Assembly (NCBI RefSeq): GCF_000175255.2
Contig: NC_017262.1
Location: 1,050,001 to 1,082,000 of the forward strand
Origin: Zymomonas mobilis subsp. mobilis ATCC 10988
GTDB lineage: Bacteria; Pseudomonadota; Alphaproteobacteria; Sphingomonadales; Sphingomonadaceae
Direction: 5' to 3'
DNA: 32,000 bases
Shown here: in pieces, positions 19,277 to 31,701 of the stretch
Numbering within the stretch: position 1 is the stretch's first letter
Layout of the letters: each line of letters starts with the position of its first letter
Program-made: the position numbers and the translations under genes
The notes under the pieces: generated by a model
Database searches by the model: none
What the model was told of the DNA's origin: nothing
What the model saw: only the letters and a program-made list of their open reading frames with translations

Positions 19277-19340
19277 TGAGGTCTCTGCCTTGAAGTATAC
19301 AATCTTGAAAAAGGCCGAGACCTCAAAATTTTTATTTTTT
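19277..19340 (+). terminator. Probable original uvrB rho-independent terminator, now downstream of the IS
   Basis: TGAGGTCTCtGCC (19277-19289) pairs with GGCcGAGACCTCA (19313-19325). The stem is followed by aaatttttatttttt. Confidence 0.6.
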
Positions 19341-19360
19341 GCTATACCCTTATTTCGTAA

Positions 19361-22838
<3,478 letters not shown>

Positions 22839-23210
22839 TAATGCTTGAGTAATTTCTTGAAATTTATATAGGTTTTTCCAAATTTTATTGGCTTTTGATA
22901 TTTTTTAAAAAGAAAACTGTTTTTTTAAACACTTATGTTGCCTTCTTATTAGAAAATTTTGTTTTACTTGCGTTGTCATCAATCAAGGATAAGTAAAAAA
23001 ATAATCGTAGATGATCGACGCAAATATTGTTCCAATAATGATAAGGAGGTTCCAAAATCGGTTCAATAGGAGTAATCCGTATTCAGTTTATCGCCAAGGA
23101 TTCGGTTTGTGATGTTATTTTTGGTCAGAAACTAAAATAAGACCAATGTTTAACATTGCCGATACTCGGCGATTGTAAGATTTACAGATTAAGGCGGGAG
23201 AGGAATCGCC
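22839..23210 (+). promoter_or_regulatory. glf operon promoter/leader region
   Basis: A 372-bp AT-rich spacer lies upstream of glf, with RBS GGGAGAGG 7 nt before ATG 23211. Promoters of this operon were mapped experimentally in the literature, but I cannot place the exact start sites from sequence alone. Confidence 0.5.
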
Positions 23211-24632
23211 ATGAGTTCTGAAAGTAGTCAGGGTCTAGTCACGCGACTAGCCCTAATCGCTGCTATAGGCGGCTTGCTTTTCGGTTACGATTCAGCGGTT
23301 ATCGCTGCAATCGGTACACCGGTTGATATCCATTTTATTGCCCCTCGTCACCTGTCTGCTACGGCTGCGGCTTCCCTTTCTGGGATGGTCGTTGTTGCTG
23401 TTTTGGTCGGTTGTGTTACCGGTTCTTTGCTGTCTGGCTGGATTGGTATTCGCTTCGGTCGTCGCGGCGGATTGTTGATGAGTTCCATTTGTTTCGTCGC
23501 CGCCGGTTTTGGTGCTGCGTTAACCGAAAAATTATTTGGAACCGGTGGTTCGGCTTTACAAATTTTTTGCTTTTTCCGGTTTCTTGCCGGTTTAGGTATC
23601 GGTGTCGTTTCAACCTTGACCCCAACCTATATTGCTGAAATTGCTCCGCCAGACAAACGTGGTCAGATGGTTTCTGGTCAGCAGATGGCCATTGTGACGG
23701 GTGCTTTAACCGGTTATATCTTTACCTGGTTACTGGCTCATTTCGGTTCTATCGATTGGGTTAATGCCAGTGGTTGGTGCTGGTCTCCGGCTTCAGAAGG
23801 CCTGATCGGTATTGCCTTCTTATTGCTGCTGTTAACCGCACCGGATACGCCGCATTGGTTGGTGATGAAGGGACGTCATTCCGAGGCTAGCAAAATCCTT
23901 GCTCGTCTGGAACCGCAAGCCGATCCTAATCTGACGATTCAAAAGATTAAAGCTGGCTTTGATAAAGCCATGGACAAAAGCAGCGCAGGTTTGTTTGCTT
24001 TTGGTATCACCGTTGTTTTTGCCGGGGTATCCGTTGCTGCCTTCCAGCAGTTGGTCGGTATTAACGCCGTGCTGTATTATGCACCGCAGATGTTCCAGAA
24101 TTTAGGTTTTGGAGCTGATACGGCATTATTGCAGACCATCTCTATCGGTGTTGTGAACTTCATCTTCACCATGATTGCTTCCCGTGTTGTTGACCGCTTC
24201 GGCCGTAAACCTCTGCTTATTTGGGGTGCTCTCGGTATGGCTGCAATGATGGCTGTTTTAGGCTGCTGTTTCTGGTTCAAAGTCGGTGGTGTTTTGCCTT
24301 TGGCTTCTGTGCTTCTTTATATTGCAGTCTTTGGCATGTCATGGGGCCCTGTCTGCTGGGTTGTTCTGTCAGAAATGTTCCCGAGTTCCATCAAGGGCGC
24401 AGCTATGCCTATCGCTGTTACCGGACAATGGTTAGCTAATATCTTGGTTAACTTCCTGTTTAAGGTTGCTGATGGTTCTCCAGCATTGAATCAGACTTTC
24501 AACCACGGTTTCTCCTATCTCGTTTTCGCAGCATTAAGTATCTTAGGTGGCTTGATTGTTGCTCGCTTCGTGCCGGAAACCAAAGGTCGGAGCCTGGATG
24601 AAATCGAGGAGATGTGGCGCTCCCAGAAGTAG
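23211..24632 (+). CDS. glf: Glucose facilitated-diffusion transporter (MFS sugar porter)
   Basis: I recognise the sequence as Z. mobilis Glf (MSSESSQGLVTRLALIAAIGGLLFGYDSAVIAA...PETKGRSLDEIEEMWRSQK). It is the first gene of the glf-zwf-edd-glk operon. Confidence 0.98.
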   Translation: MSSESSQGLVTRLALIAAIGGLLFGYDSAVIAAIGTPVDIHFIAPRHLSATAAASLSGMVVVAVLVGCVTGSLLSGWIGIRFGRRGGLLMSSICFVAAGFGAALTEKLFGTGGSALQIFCFFRFLAGLGIGVVSTLTPTYIAEIAPPDKRGQMVSGQQMAIVTGALTGYIFTWLLAHFGSIDWVNASGWCWSPASEGLIGIAFLLLLLTAPDTPHWLVMKGRHSEASKILARLEPQADPNLTIQKIKAGFDKAMDKSSAGLFAFGITVVFAGVSVAAFQQLVGINAVLYYAPQMFQNLGFGADTALLQTISIGVVNFIFTMIASRVVDRFGRKPLLIWGALGMAAMMAVLGCCFWFKVGGVLPLASVLLYIAVFGMSWGPVCWVVLSEMFPSSIKGAAMPIAVTGQWLANILVNFLFKVADGSPALNQTFNHGFSYLVFAALSILGGLIVARFVPETKGRSLDEIEEMWRSQK

Positions 24633-24777
24633 TTAAACTTGCTTTGGCTGAATCCTTTTGTCTTTTTTAGATAAGTCTTAACCAATTATACTTTTTGTTT
24701 ACAACGATGGTATAAAGCGGGCGGACAGGCTAAAAACAGGCTAAAAGGATTCGGCCTCTGTTTTAAGGACGAGAATA

Positions 24778-26235
24778 ATGACAAATACCGTTTCGACGAT
24801 GATATTGTTTGGCTCGACTGGCGACCTTTCACAGCGTATGCTGTTGCCGTCGCTTTATGGTCTTGATGCCGATGGTTTGCTTGCAGATGATCTGCGTATC
24901 GTCTGCACCTCTCGTAGCGAATACGACACAGATGGTTTCCGTGATTTTGCAGAAAAAGCTTTAGATCGCTTTGTCGCTTCTGACCGGTTAAATGATGACG
25001 CTAAAGCTAAATTCCTTAACAAGCTTTTCTACGCGACGGTCGATATTACGGATCCGACCCAATTCGGAAAATTAGCTGACCTTTGTGGCCCGGTCGAAAA
25101 AGGTATCGCCATTTATCTTTCGACTGCGCCTTCTTTGTTTGAAGGGGCAATCGCTGGCCTGAAACAGGCTGGTCTGGCTGGTCCAACTTCTCGCCTGGCG
25201 CTTGAAAAACCTTTAGGTCAGGATCTTGCTTCTTCCGATCATATTAATGATGCGGTTTTGAAAGTTTTCTCTGAAAAGCAAGTTTATCGTATTGACCATT
25301 ATCTGGGTAAAGAAACGGTTCAGAATCTTCTGACCCTGCGTTTTGGTAATGCTTTGTTTGAACCGCTTTGGAATTCAAAAGGCATTGACCACGTTCAGAT
25401 CAGCGTTGCTGAAACGGTTGGTCTTGAAGGTCGTATCGGTTATTTCGACGGTTCTGGCAGCTTGCGCGATATGGTTCAAAGCCATATCCTTCAGTTGGTC
25501 GCTTTGGTTGCAATGGAACCGCCGGCTCATATGGAAGCCAACGCTGTTCGTGACGAAAAGGTAAAAGTTTTCCGCGCTCTGCGTCCGATCAATAACGACA
25601 CCGTCTTTACGCATACCGTTACCGGTCAATATGGTGCCGGTGTTTCTGGTGGTAAAGAAGTTGCCGGTTACATTGACGAACTGGGTCAGCCTTCCGATAC
25701 CGAAACCTTTGTTGCTATCAAAGCGCATGTTGATAACTGGCGTTGGCAGGGTGTTCCGTTCTATATCCGCACTGGTAAGCGTTTACCTGCACGTCGTTCT
25801 GAAATCGTGGTGCAGTTTAAACCTGTTCCGCATTCGATTTTCTCTTCTTCAGGTGGTATCTTGCAGCCGAACAAGCTGCGTATTGTCTTACAGCCTGATG
25901 AAACCATCCAGATTTCTATGATGGTGAAAGAACCGGGTCTTGACCGTAACGGTGCGCATATGCGTGAAGTTTGGCTGGATCTTTCCCTCACGGATGTGTT
26001 TAAAGACCGTAAACGTCGTATCGCTTATGAACGCCTGATGCTTGATCTTATCGAAGGCGATGCTACTTTATTTGTGCGTCGTGACGAAGTTGAGGCGCAG
26101 TGGGTTTGGATTGACGGAATTCGTGAAGGCTGGAAAGCCAACAGTATGAAGCCAAAAACCTATGTCTCTGGTACATGGGGGCCTTCAACTGCTATAGCTC
26201 TGGCCGAACGTGATGGAGTAACTTGGTATGACTGA
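24778..26235 (+). CDS. zwf: Glucose-6-phosphate 1-dehydrogenase
   Basis: The NADP-binding motif [10 protein letters not shown] and the active-site motif RIDHYLGKE are present. RBS AGGACGAG precedes the start. Confidence 0.98.
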   Translation: MTNTVSTMILFGSTGDLSQRMLLPSLYGLDADGLLADDLRIVCTSRSEYDTDGFRDFAEKALDRFVASDRLNDDAKAKFLNKLFYATVDITDPTQFGKLADLCGPVEKGIAIYLSTAPSLFEGAIAGLKQAGLAGPTSRLALEKPLGQDLASSDHINDAVLKVFSEKQVYRIDHYLGKETVQNLLTLRFGNALFEPLWNSKGIDHVQISVAETVGLEGRIGYFDGSGSLRDMVQSHILQLVALVAMEPPAHMEANAVRDEKVKVFRALRPINNDTVFTHTVTGQYGAGVSGGKEVAGYIDELGQPSDTETFVAIKAHVDNWRWQGVPFYIRTGKRLPARRSEIVVQFKPVPHSIFSSSGGILQPNKLRIVLQPDETIQISMMVKEPGLDRNGAHMREVWLDLSLTDVFKDRKRRIAYERLMLDLIEGDATLFVRRDEVEAQWVWIDGIREGWKANSMKPKTYVSGTWGPSTAIALAERDGVTWYD

Positions 26236-28051
26236 TCTGCATTCAACGGTAGAAAAGGTTACCGCGCGCGTTATTGAACGCTCGCGGGAAACCCGTAAGG
26301 CTTATCTGGATTTGATCCAGTATGAGCGGGAAAAAGGCGTAGACCGTCCAAACCTGTCCTGTAGTAACCTTGCTCATGGCTTTGCGGCTATGAATGGTGA
26401 CAAGCCAGCTTTGCGCGACTTCAACCGCATGAATATCGGCGTCGTGACTTCCTACAACGATATGTTGTCGGCTCATGAACCATATTATCGCTATCCGGAG
26501 CAGATGAAAGTATTTGCTCGCGAAGTTGGCGCAACGGTTCAGGTCGCCGGTGGCGTGCCTGCTATGTGCGATGGTGTGACCCAAGGTCAGCCGGGCATGG
26601 AAGAATCCCTGTTTAGCCGCGATGTCATCGCTTTGGCTACCAGCGTTTCTTTGTCTCATGGTATGTTTGAAGGGGCTGCCCTTCTCGGTATCTGTGACAA
26701 GATTGTCCCTGGTCTGTTGATGGGCGCTCTGCGCTTCGGTCACCTGCCGACCATTCTGGTCCCATCAGGCCCGATGACGACCGGTATCCCGAACAAAGAA
26801 AAAATCCGCATCCGTCAGCTCTATGCTCAGGGTAAAATCGGCCAGAAAGAACTTCTGGATATGGAAGCGGCTTGCTACCATGCTGAAGGTACCTGCACCT
26901 TCTATGGTACGGCAAACACCAACCAGATGGTTATGGAAGTCCTCGGTCTTCATATGCCAGGTTCGGCATTTGTTACCCCGGGTACCCCGCTCCGTCAGGC
27001 TCTGACCCGTGCTGCTGTGCATCGCGTTGCTGAATTGGGTTGGAAGGGCGACGATTATCGTCCGCTTGGTAAGATCATTGATGAAAAATCAATCGTCAAT
27101 GCTATTGTTGGTCTGTTGGCAACCGGTGGTTCCACCAACCATACCATGCATATTCCGGCCATTGCTCGTGCTGCTGGTGTTATCGTTAACTGGAATGACT
27201 TCCATGATCTTTCTGAAGTTGTTCCGTTGATTGCCCGCATTTACCCGAATGGCCCGCGCGACATCAATGAATTCCAGAATGCAGGCGGCATGGCTTATGT
27301 CATTAAAGAACTGCTTTCTGCTAATCTGTTGAACCGTGACGTCACGACCATTGCCAAGGGCGGTATCGAAGAATACGCCAAGGCTCCGGCATTAAATGAT
27401 GCTGGCGAATTGGTATGGAAGCCAGCTGGCGAACCTGGTGATGACACCATTCTGCGTCCGGTTTCTAATCCTTTCGCAAAAGATGGCGGTCTGCGTCTCT
27501 TGGAAGGTAACCTTGGACGTGCAATGTACAAGGCCAGTGCTGTTGATCCTAAATTCTGGACCATTGAAGCACCTGTTCGCGTCTTCTCTGACCAAGACGA
27601 TGTTCAGAAAGCTTTCAAGGCTGGCGAATTGAACAAAGACGTTATCGTTGTTGTTCGTTTCCAGGGCCCGCGCGCAAACGGTATGCCTGAATTGCATAAG
27701 CTGACCCCGGCTTTGGGTGTTCTGCAGGATAATGGCTACAAAGTTGCTTTGGTAACTGATGGTCGTATGTCCGGTGCTACCGGTAAAGTTCCGGTTGCTT
27801 TGCATGTCAGCCCAGAAGCTCTTGGCGGTGGTGCCATCGGTAAATTACGTGATGGCGATATCGTCCGTATCTCGGTTGAAGAAGGCAAACTTGAAGCTTT
27901 GGTTCCAGCTGATGAGTGGAATGCTCGTCCGCATGCTGAAAAACCGGCTTTCCGTCCGGGAACCGGACGCGAATTGTTTGATATCTTCCGTCAGAACGCT
28001 GCTAAAGCTGAAGACGGTGCAGTCGCAATATATGCAGGTGCCGGTATCTAA
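26228..28051 (+). CDS. edd: 6-phosphogluconate dehydratase (IlvD/Edd family)
   Basis: A 607-aa IlvD/Edd-family protein (..[13 protein letters not shown].., ..[10 protein letters not shown]..). Its start overlaps the zwf stop (ATGACTGA). Confidence 0.98.
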   Translation: MTDLHSTVEKVTARVIERSRETRKAYLDLIQYEREKGVDRPNLSCSNLAHGFAAMNGDKPALRDFNRMNIGVVTSYNDMLSAHEPYYRYPEQMKVFAREVGATVQVAGGVPAMCDGVTQGQPGMEESLFSRDVIALATSVSLSHGMFEGAALLGICDKIVPGLLMGALRFGHLPTILVPSGPMTTGIPNKEKIRIRQLYAQGKIGQKELLDMEAACYHAEGTCTFYGTANTNQMVMEVLGLHMPGSAFVTPGTPLRQALTRAAVHRVAELGWKGDDYRPLGKIIDEKSIVNAIVGLLATGGSTNHTMHIPAIARAAGVIVNWNDFHDLSEVVPLIARIYPNGPRDINEFQNAGGMAYVIKELLSANLLNRDVTTIAKGGIEEYAKAPALNDAGELVWKPAGEPGDDTILRPVSNPFAKDGGLRLLEGNLGRAMYKASAVDPKFWTIEAPVRVFSDQDDVQKAFKAGELNKDVIVVVRFQGPRANGMPELHKLTPALGVLQDNGYKVALVTDGRMSGATGKVPVALHVSPEALGGGAIGKLRDGDIVRISVEEGKLEALVPADEWNARPHAEKPAFRPGTGRELFDIFRQNAAKAEDGAVAIYAGAGI

Positions 28052-28097
28052 TTTTTCCAGCGAAAAATTGTAGACTTGGACTTTGTAATCTTATTTT

Positions 28098-28123
28098 CTG
28101 GTATAGGGGTATCCCTATACCAG
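28098..28123 (+). other. Perfect 11-bp stem / 4-nt loop RNA hairpin in the edd-glk spacer
   Basis: CTGGTATAGGG-gtat-CCCTATACCAG, with no 3' T-tract. Confidence 0.6.
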
Positions 28124-28183
28124 AACTGAAATCAGACTTATTTTACCTGTTGGGTAGCCTTCTGATTTTAGAAAGGAATTATT

Positions 28184-29158
28184 ATGGAAATTGTTGCGAT
28201 TGACATCGGTGGAACGCATGCGCGTTTCTCTATTGCGGAAGTAAGCAATGGTCGGGTTCTTTCTCTTGGAGAAGAAACGACTTTTAAAACGGCAGAACAT
28301 GCTAGCTTGCAGTTAGCTTGGGAACGTTTCGGTGAAAAACTGGGTCGTCCTCTGCCACGTGCCGCAGCTATTGCATGGGCTGGCCCGGTTCATGGTGAAG
28401 TTTTAAAACTTACCAATAACCCTTGGGTATTAAGACCAGCTACTCTGAATGAAAAGCTGGACATCGATACGCATGTTCTGATCAATGACTTCGGTGCGGT
28501 TGCCCACGCGGTTGCGCATATGGATTCTTCTTATCTGGATCATATTTGTGGTCCTGATGAAGCGCTTCCTAGCGATGGTGTTATCACTATTCTTGGTCCG
28601 GGAACGGGCTTGGGTGTTGCCCATCTGTTGCGTACCGAAGGCCGTTATTTCGTCATCGAAACTGAAGGCGGTCATATCGACTTTGCTCCGCTTGACAGAC
28701 TTGAAGACAAAATTCTGGCACGTTTACGTGAACGTTTCCGCCGCGTTTCTATCGAACGCATTATTTCTGGCCCGGGTCTTGGTAATATCTACGAAGCACT
28801 GGCTGCCATTGAAGGCGTTCCGTTCAGCTTGCTGGATGATATTAAATTATGGCAGATGGCTTTGGAAGGTAAAGACAACCTTGCTGAAGCCGCTTTGGAT
28901 CGCTTCTGCTTGAGCCTTGGCGCTATCGCTGGTGATCTTGCTTTGGCACAGGGTGCAACCAGTGTTGTTATTGGCGGTGGTGTCGGTCTTCGTATCGCTT
29001 CCCATTTGCCGGAATCTGGCTTCCGTCAGCGCTTTGTTTCAAAAGGACGCTTTGAACGCGTCATGTCCAAGATTCCGGTTAAGTTGATTACTTATCCGCA
29101 GCCTGGACTGTTGGGTGCGGCAGCTGCCTATGCCAACAAATATTCTGAAGTTGAATAA
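28184..29158 (+). CDS. glk: Glucokinase
   Basis: The ATP-binding motif MEIVAIDIGGTHARF is present. The sequence is recognised as Z. mobilis Glk and is the last gene of the operon. Confidence 0.98.
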   Translation: MEIVAIDIGGTHARFSIAEVSNGRVLSLGEETTFKTAEHASLQLAWERFGEKLGRPLPRAAAIAWAGPVHGEVLKLTNNPWVLRPATLNEKLDIDTHVLINDFGAVAHAVAHMDSSYLDHICGPDEALPSDGVITILGPGTGLGVAHLLRTEGRYFVIETEGGHIDFAPLDRLEDKILARLRERFRRVSIERIISGPGLGNIYEALAAIEGVPFSLLDDIKLWQMALEGKDNLAEAALDRFCLSLGAIAGDLALAQGATSVVIGGGVGLRIASHLPESGFRQRFVSKGRFERVMSKIPVKLITYPQPGLLGAAAAYANKYSEVE

Positions 29159-29189
29159 TATTTTTTAATATTATGAACTGAATTTAAGA

Positions 29190-29228
29190 GGCTGCCTTCC
29201 GATAAAATCGGGAGGTGGCCTTTTTTAT
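29190..29228 (+). terminator. Rho-independent terminator of the glf operon
   Basis: GGCTGCCTTCCGAT (29190-29203) pairs with ATCGGGAGGTGGCC (29207-29220): 14 bp including 3 G-U pairs, with loop AAA. The stem is followed by TTTTTT (29221-29226). Confidence 0.75.
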
Positions 29229-29660
29229 ATTTTTTACTAAAAAATGAAGACAAAAAATTCTTAAGTAAGAATAATATTATTATTAACTTGTGATATATTT
29301 TGTATTAGTTCTTCTTGGTAAAGAATTATTTTTGATAAATTTTGTCTAATATCCTATATTTTAAATATTTTTTATAATATTTTTTTAATAAAATTGACGT
29401 GATATTTAGGGGTTTGTGTAGAAAAATGAGATAATATTTAGAATTATTGATTTAATTCTATCTAGATTCATCTTAGAAATTAATGAATATTAAGAAGAGG
29501 CCATCGGCTATTGGAGTCGAATTAATATATATACACCGTATATCATATAAACGACTATCCGACCGAAATTATAGAAATTCGATCGAGGATAGCCATTCTA
29601 AATTAAATTATCCTGTATGCTCTTCTACTCTTTCAAGAAGAACATCGCGTTCAAGATAAC

Positions 29661-30350
29661 TTACGCCAGTGCGAATTTGACAGCAGCTTCTGCATGAATT
29701 TGTGTGGAGTCATAGCAGGGCAAATCAAGCATATCTTGCTTGATCAGCAGAGGGATTTCAGTACATCCGAGGATGACGGAATCAACACCTTCTGCACGGG
29801 CTTTCTCAATTATCTTAAGATAACCCTGCCGTGATGACTCTTTGACTTCACCCTGACAAAGTTCATCAAAAATCACATCATGGACGAAGCCTCTATCTTC
29901 GTCTTCCGGTGTAATCACATCAAGACCCTGATTTTTCATGCGGTCAGTATAGAAGCCATGTTCCATCGTATAGCGCGTTGCCAAGAGGAGAGGGCGTTTA
30001 CGACCATCTTTCTTTAAGGCTTTAGCTGTCTCATCAACAATATTGATAAGAGGGACAGCTGATATCTCAGCGACGGCATCAGCGACGAGATGCATCGTGT
30101 TAGTGCAAATGAGGACACAATCGGCTCCAGCCTTTGCTAAGCCTGCCCCAGCGGCACCGAGAAGCTTGGCAGCGTCATCCCAGCGGTCAGCCTTTTGAAG
30201 CGCAACAACCTCTGCAAAGTTCAAAGAATGCATAAGCAGATCTGCTGAGACTAATCCACCGCGTGCATCACGGATAGCTTCATTGATAATCTGGTAATAA
30301 GTGACCGTGGATTCCCAACTCATACCGCCAATAAGGCCGATTTTTTTCAT
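29661..30350 (-). CDS. Asp/Glu/hydantoin-racemase family protein (aspartate/broad-specificity amino-acid racemase, YgeA-like)
   Basis: MKKIGLIGGMSWESTVTYYQIINE is present, plus two catalytic-cysteine contexts, VLICTNTMH and ILGCTEIPLL. Confidence 0.85.
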   Translation of the reverse strand: MKKIGLIGGMSWESTVTYYQIINEAIRDARGGLVSADLLMHSLNFAEVVALQKADRWDDAAKLLGAAGAGLAKAGADCVLICTNTMHLVADAVAEISAVPLINIVDETAKALKKDGRKRPLLLATRYTMEHGFYTDRMKNQGLDVITPEDEDRGFVHDVIFDELCQGEVKESSRQGYLKIIEKARAEGVDSVILGCTEIPLLIKQDMLDLPCYDSTQIHAEAAVKFALA

Positions 30351-30521
30351 ATGCCAATCTCACGAAACTGATTGTTAATAGCCCTAAGAATGCCATGCCT
30401 TTTGTAAAAAAAACGCGCTTTTTTTGAGGAATTTAAGGGTAAAACTGCAAATTATTTTCTTATTATTAGGAATAAATGCAAAAATATTGTTCTTATAGAA
30501 GAGTCGGTGTATCATTTTTCG

Positions 30522-30983
30522 ATGATCGACTACCGAGACCGGCATATATTATCTTTATTACAAGCTAACGCAGAAATGCCATTGGCCGAGATTGCGGAAC
30601 GGGTTGCTCTATCTGTTTCGGCTTGTTCTCGTCGTGTCGCGCGATTGCGTGAGGAAGGCTATATAAAAGGCACTATTGCTCTTTTGGATAGAAAGAAGAT
30701 CAATCTTCCGACAACTATTTTCCTTCTTGTCAAAACGGGATTGCACACAGGAAATTATCTTGAGCAATTTCATGCAGCCGTGAGTGCCATTCCTGAAATC
30801 GTCGAAGTCCATAGGCTCACTGGAAATTTTGATTATATTTTAAAATTAGCTTTGCCGAATGTCGAATATTATGATGTTATTTATAAACAGATACTAAAAC
30901 ATGTCGCCTTCTATGATATGTCTGCCTATATTTCTATGGAGACAGTAAAAATATCACCTGCTTTACCGACAAATTATATTTAA
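30522..30983 (+). CDS. Lrp/AsnC-family transcriptional regulator
   Basis: [48 protein letters not shown] is the HTH_AsnC domain, followed by a C-terminal RAM-like domain. ATG 30522 was preferred over GTG 30507. The gene is divergent from the racemase gene. Confidence 0.85.
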   Translation: MIDYRDRHILSLLQANAEMPLAEIAERVALSVSACSRRVARLREEGYIKGTIALLDRKKINLPTTIFLLVKTGLHTGNYLEQFHAAVSAIPEIVEVHRLTGNFDYILKLALPNVEYYDVIYKQILKHVAFYDMSAYISMETVKISPALPTNYI

Positions 30984-31336
30984 AAAGAATTTTCTTCTAA
31001 AATTTTATTAAATAATTCGTCATCTTGGCTAAGATTTTTTTTACCTATATCAATTTCTTGTAAAAAAGCGATAATTTGATCTATCTTATTTTCTGAAATT
31101 TGGGATTGTTGGCTTTGGTATAGTAAGAAATCAAGAATAGAAGGCATGCCAGCCGCTTGCGCTATAGCTTCAAGATTTTTGACAGACATCACCGAATGAT
31201 GATTCATATCGACGGCGCGTGAAAGCGTTGTCGCGGCCTTTATATTAGCTCTACGTGCTAATTCTGCCCAGCTTACATCCATTTTATCTCGGATGCTGTA
31301 AAGCCATTTGGCAATAATCTCTTTTTGTCTCATCAC
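30980..31336 (-). CDS. Small XRE/Cro-like HTH protein (118 aa), hypothetical
   Basis: [22 protein letters not shown]...[22 protein letters not shown] fits the XRE-family HTH followed by its helix 4-5 pattern. The gene sits in an AT-rich context, and no convincing SD was seen. Confidence 0.5.
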   Translation of the reverse strand: MMRQKEIIAKWLYSIRDKMDVSWAELARRANIKAATTLSRAVDMNHHSVMSVKNLEAIAQAAGMPSILDFLLYQSQQSQISENKIDQIIAFLQEIDIGKKNLSQDDELFNKILEENSF

Positions 31337-31482
31337 CTTATCTCAGTAATAAGTGAGGCTGAAGGTAATCTTTATATAAATGAGTATATAAACAAAATGT
31401 TAAATTTTATAAAAATGATATTGTTTTGTTGTAATAATATTCAGAATATTAAGGCTATTGGATAGATAACAAGAAATATATT

Positions 31483-31701
31483 ATGAACTATCACTCAAAA
31501 CACTTGGGAAGGCCAAGTGGAAAGCTAACAAAACGCCGTAAAGAAATTCTGGAATATTGGAGACAATATGGCCCTGTCTCTTTAGGAAAATTGGCACGTG
31601 ACTGCCATATTTTTGATAGGTCTACAGCAAGACGGTTTCTAATAACCTTTGAAAAAATGGGTATTTTACAGCCGCCTCGGGCAAATTTTTTAAAAAAATA
31701 G
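31483..31701 (+). CDS. Small Hin/resolvase-C-terminal-like HTH protein (72 aa), hypothetical
   Basis: GRPSGKLTKRRKEILEYWRQYGPVSLGKLARDCHIFDRSTARRFL resembles the GRP..L..HTH module of HTH_7/HTH_23-type domains. The gene is divergent from the 118-aa gene. Confidence 0.45.
   Translation: MNYHSKHLGRPSGKLTKRRKEILEYWRQYGPVSLGKLARDCHIFDRSTARRFLITFEKMGILQPPRANFLKK

Noticed and set aside
26243-26743. A 166-aa ORF antisense to edd. Similar antisense ORFs occur at 19854-20291 (tgt), 8551-8952 (mreB), 27392-27805 (edd) and 1171-1518 (helicase).
   Set aside because: All of them overlap strongly supported genes on the opposite strand and have no recognisable motifs. They are shadow ORFs.
29483-29659. 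A 58-codon plus-strand ORF (MNIKKRPSAIGVELIYIHRISYKRLSDRNYRNSIEDSHSKLNYPVCSSTLSRRTSRSR*) convergent with the racemase gene.
   Set aside because: It has no SD, an Arg/Ser-rich composition without motifs, and lies in the probable racemase 3' UTR. That region also holds an imperfect hairpin, CTATCC..GGATAG at about 29553-29595. I cannot support it as a gene.
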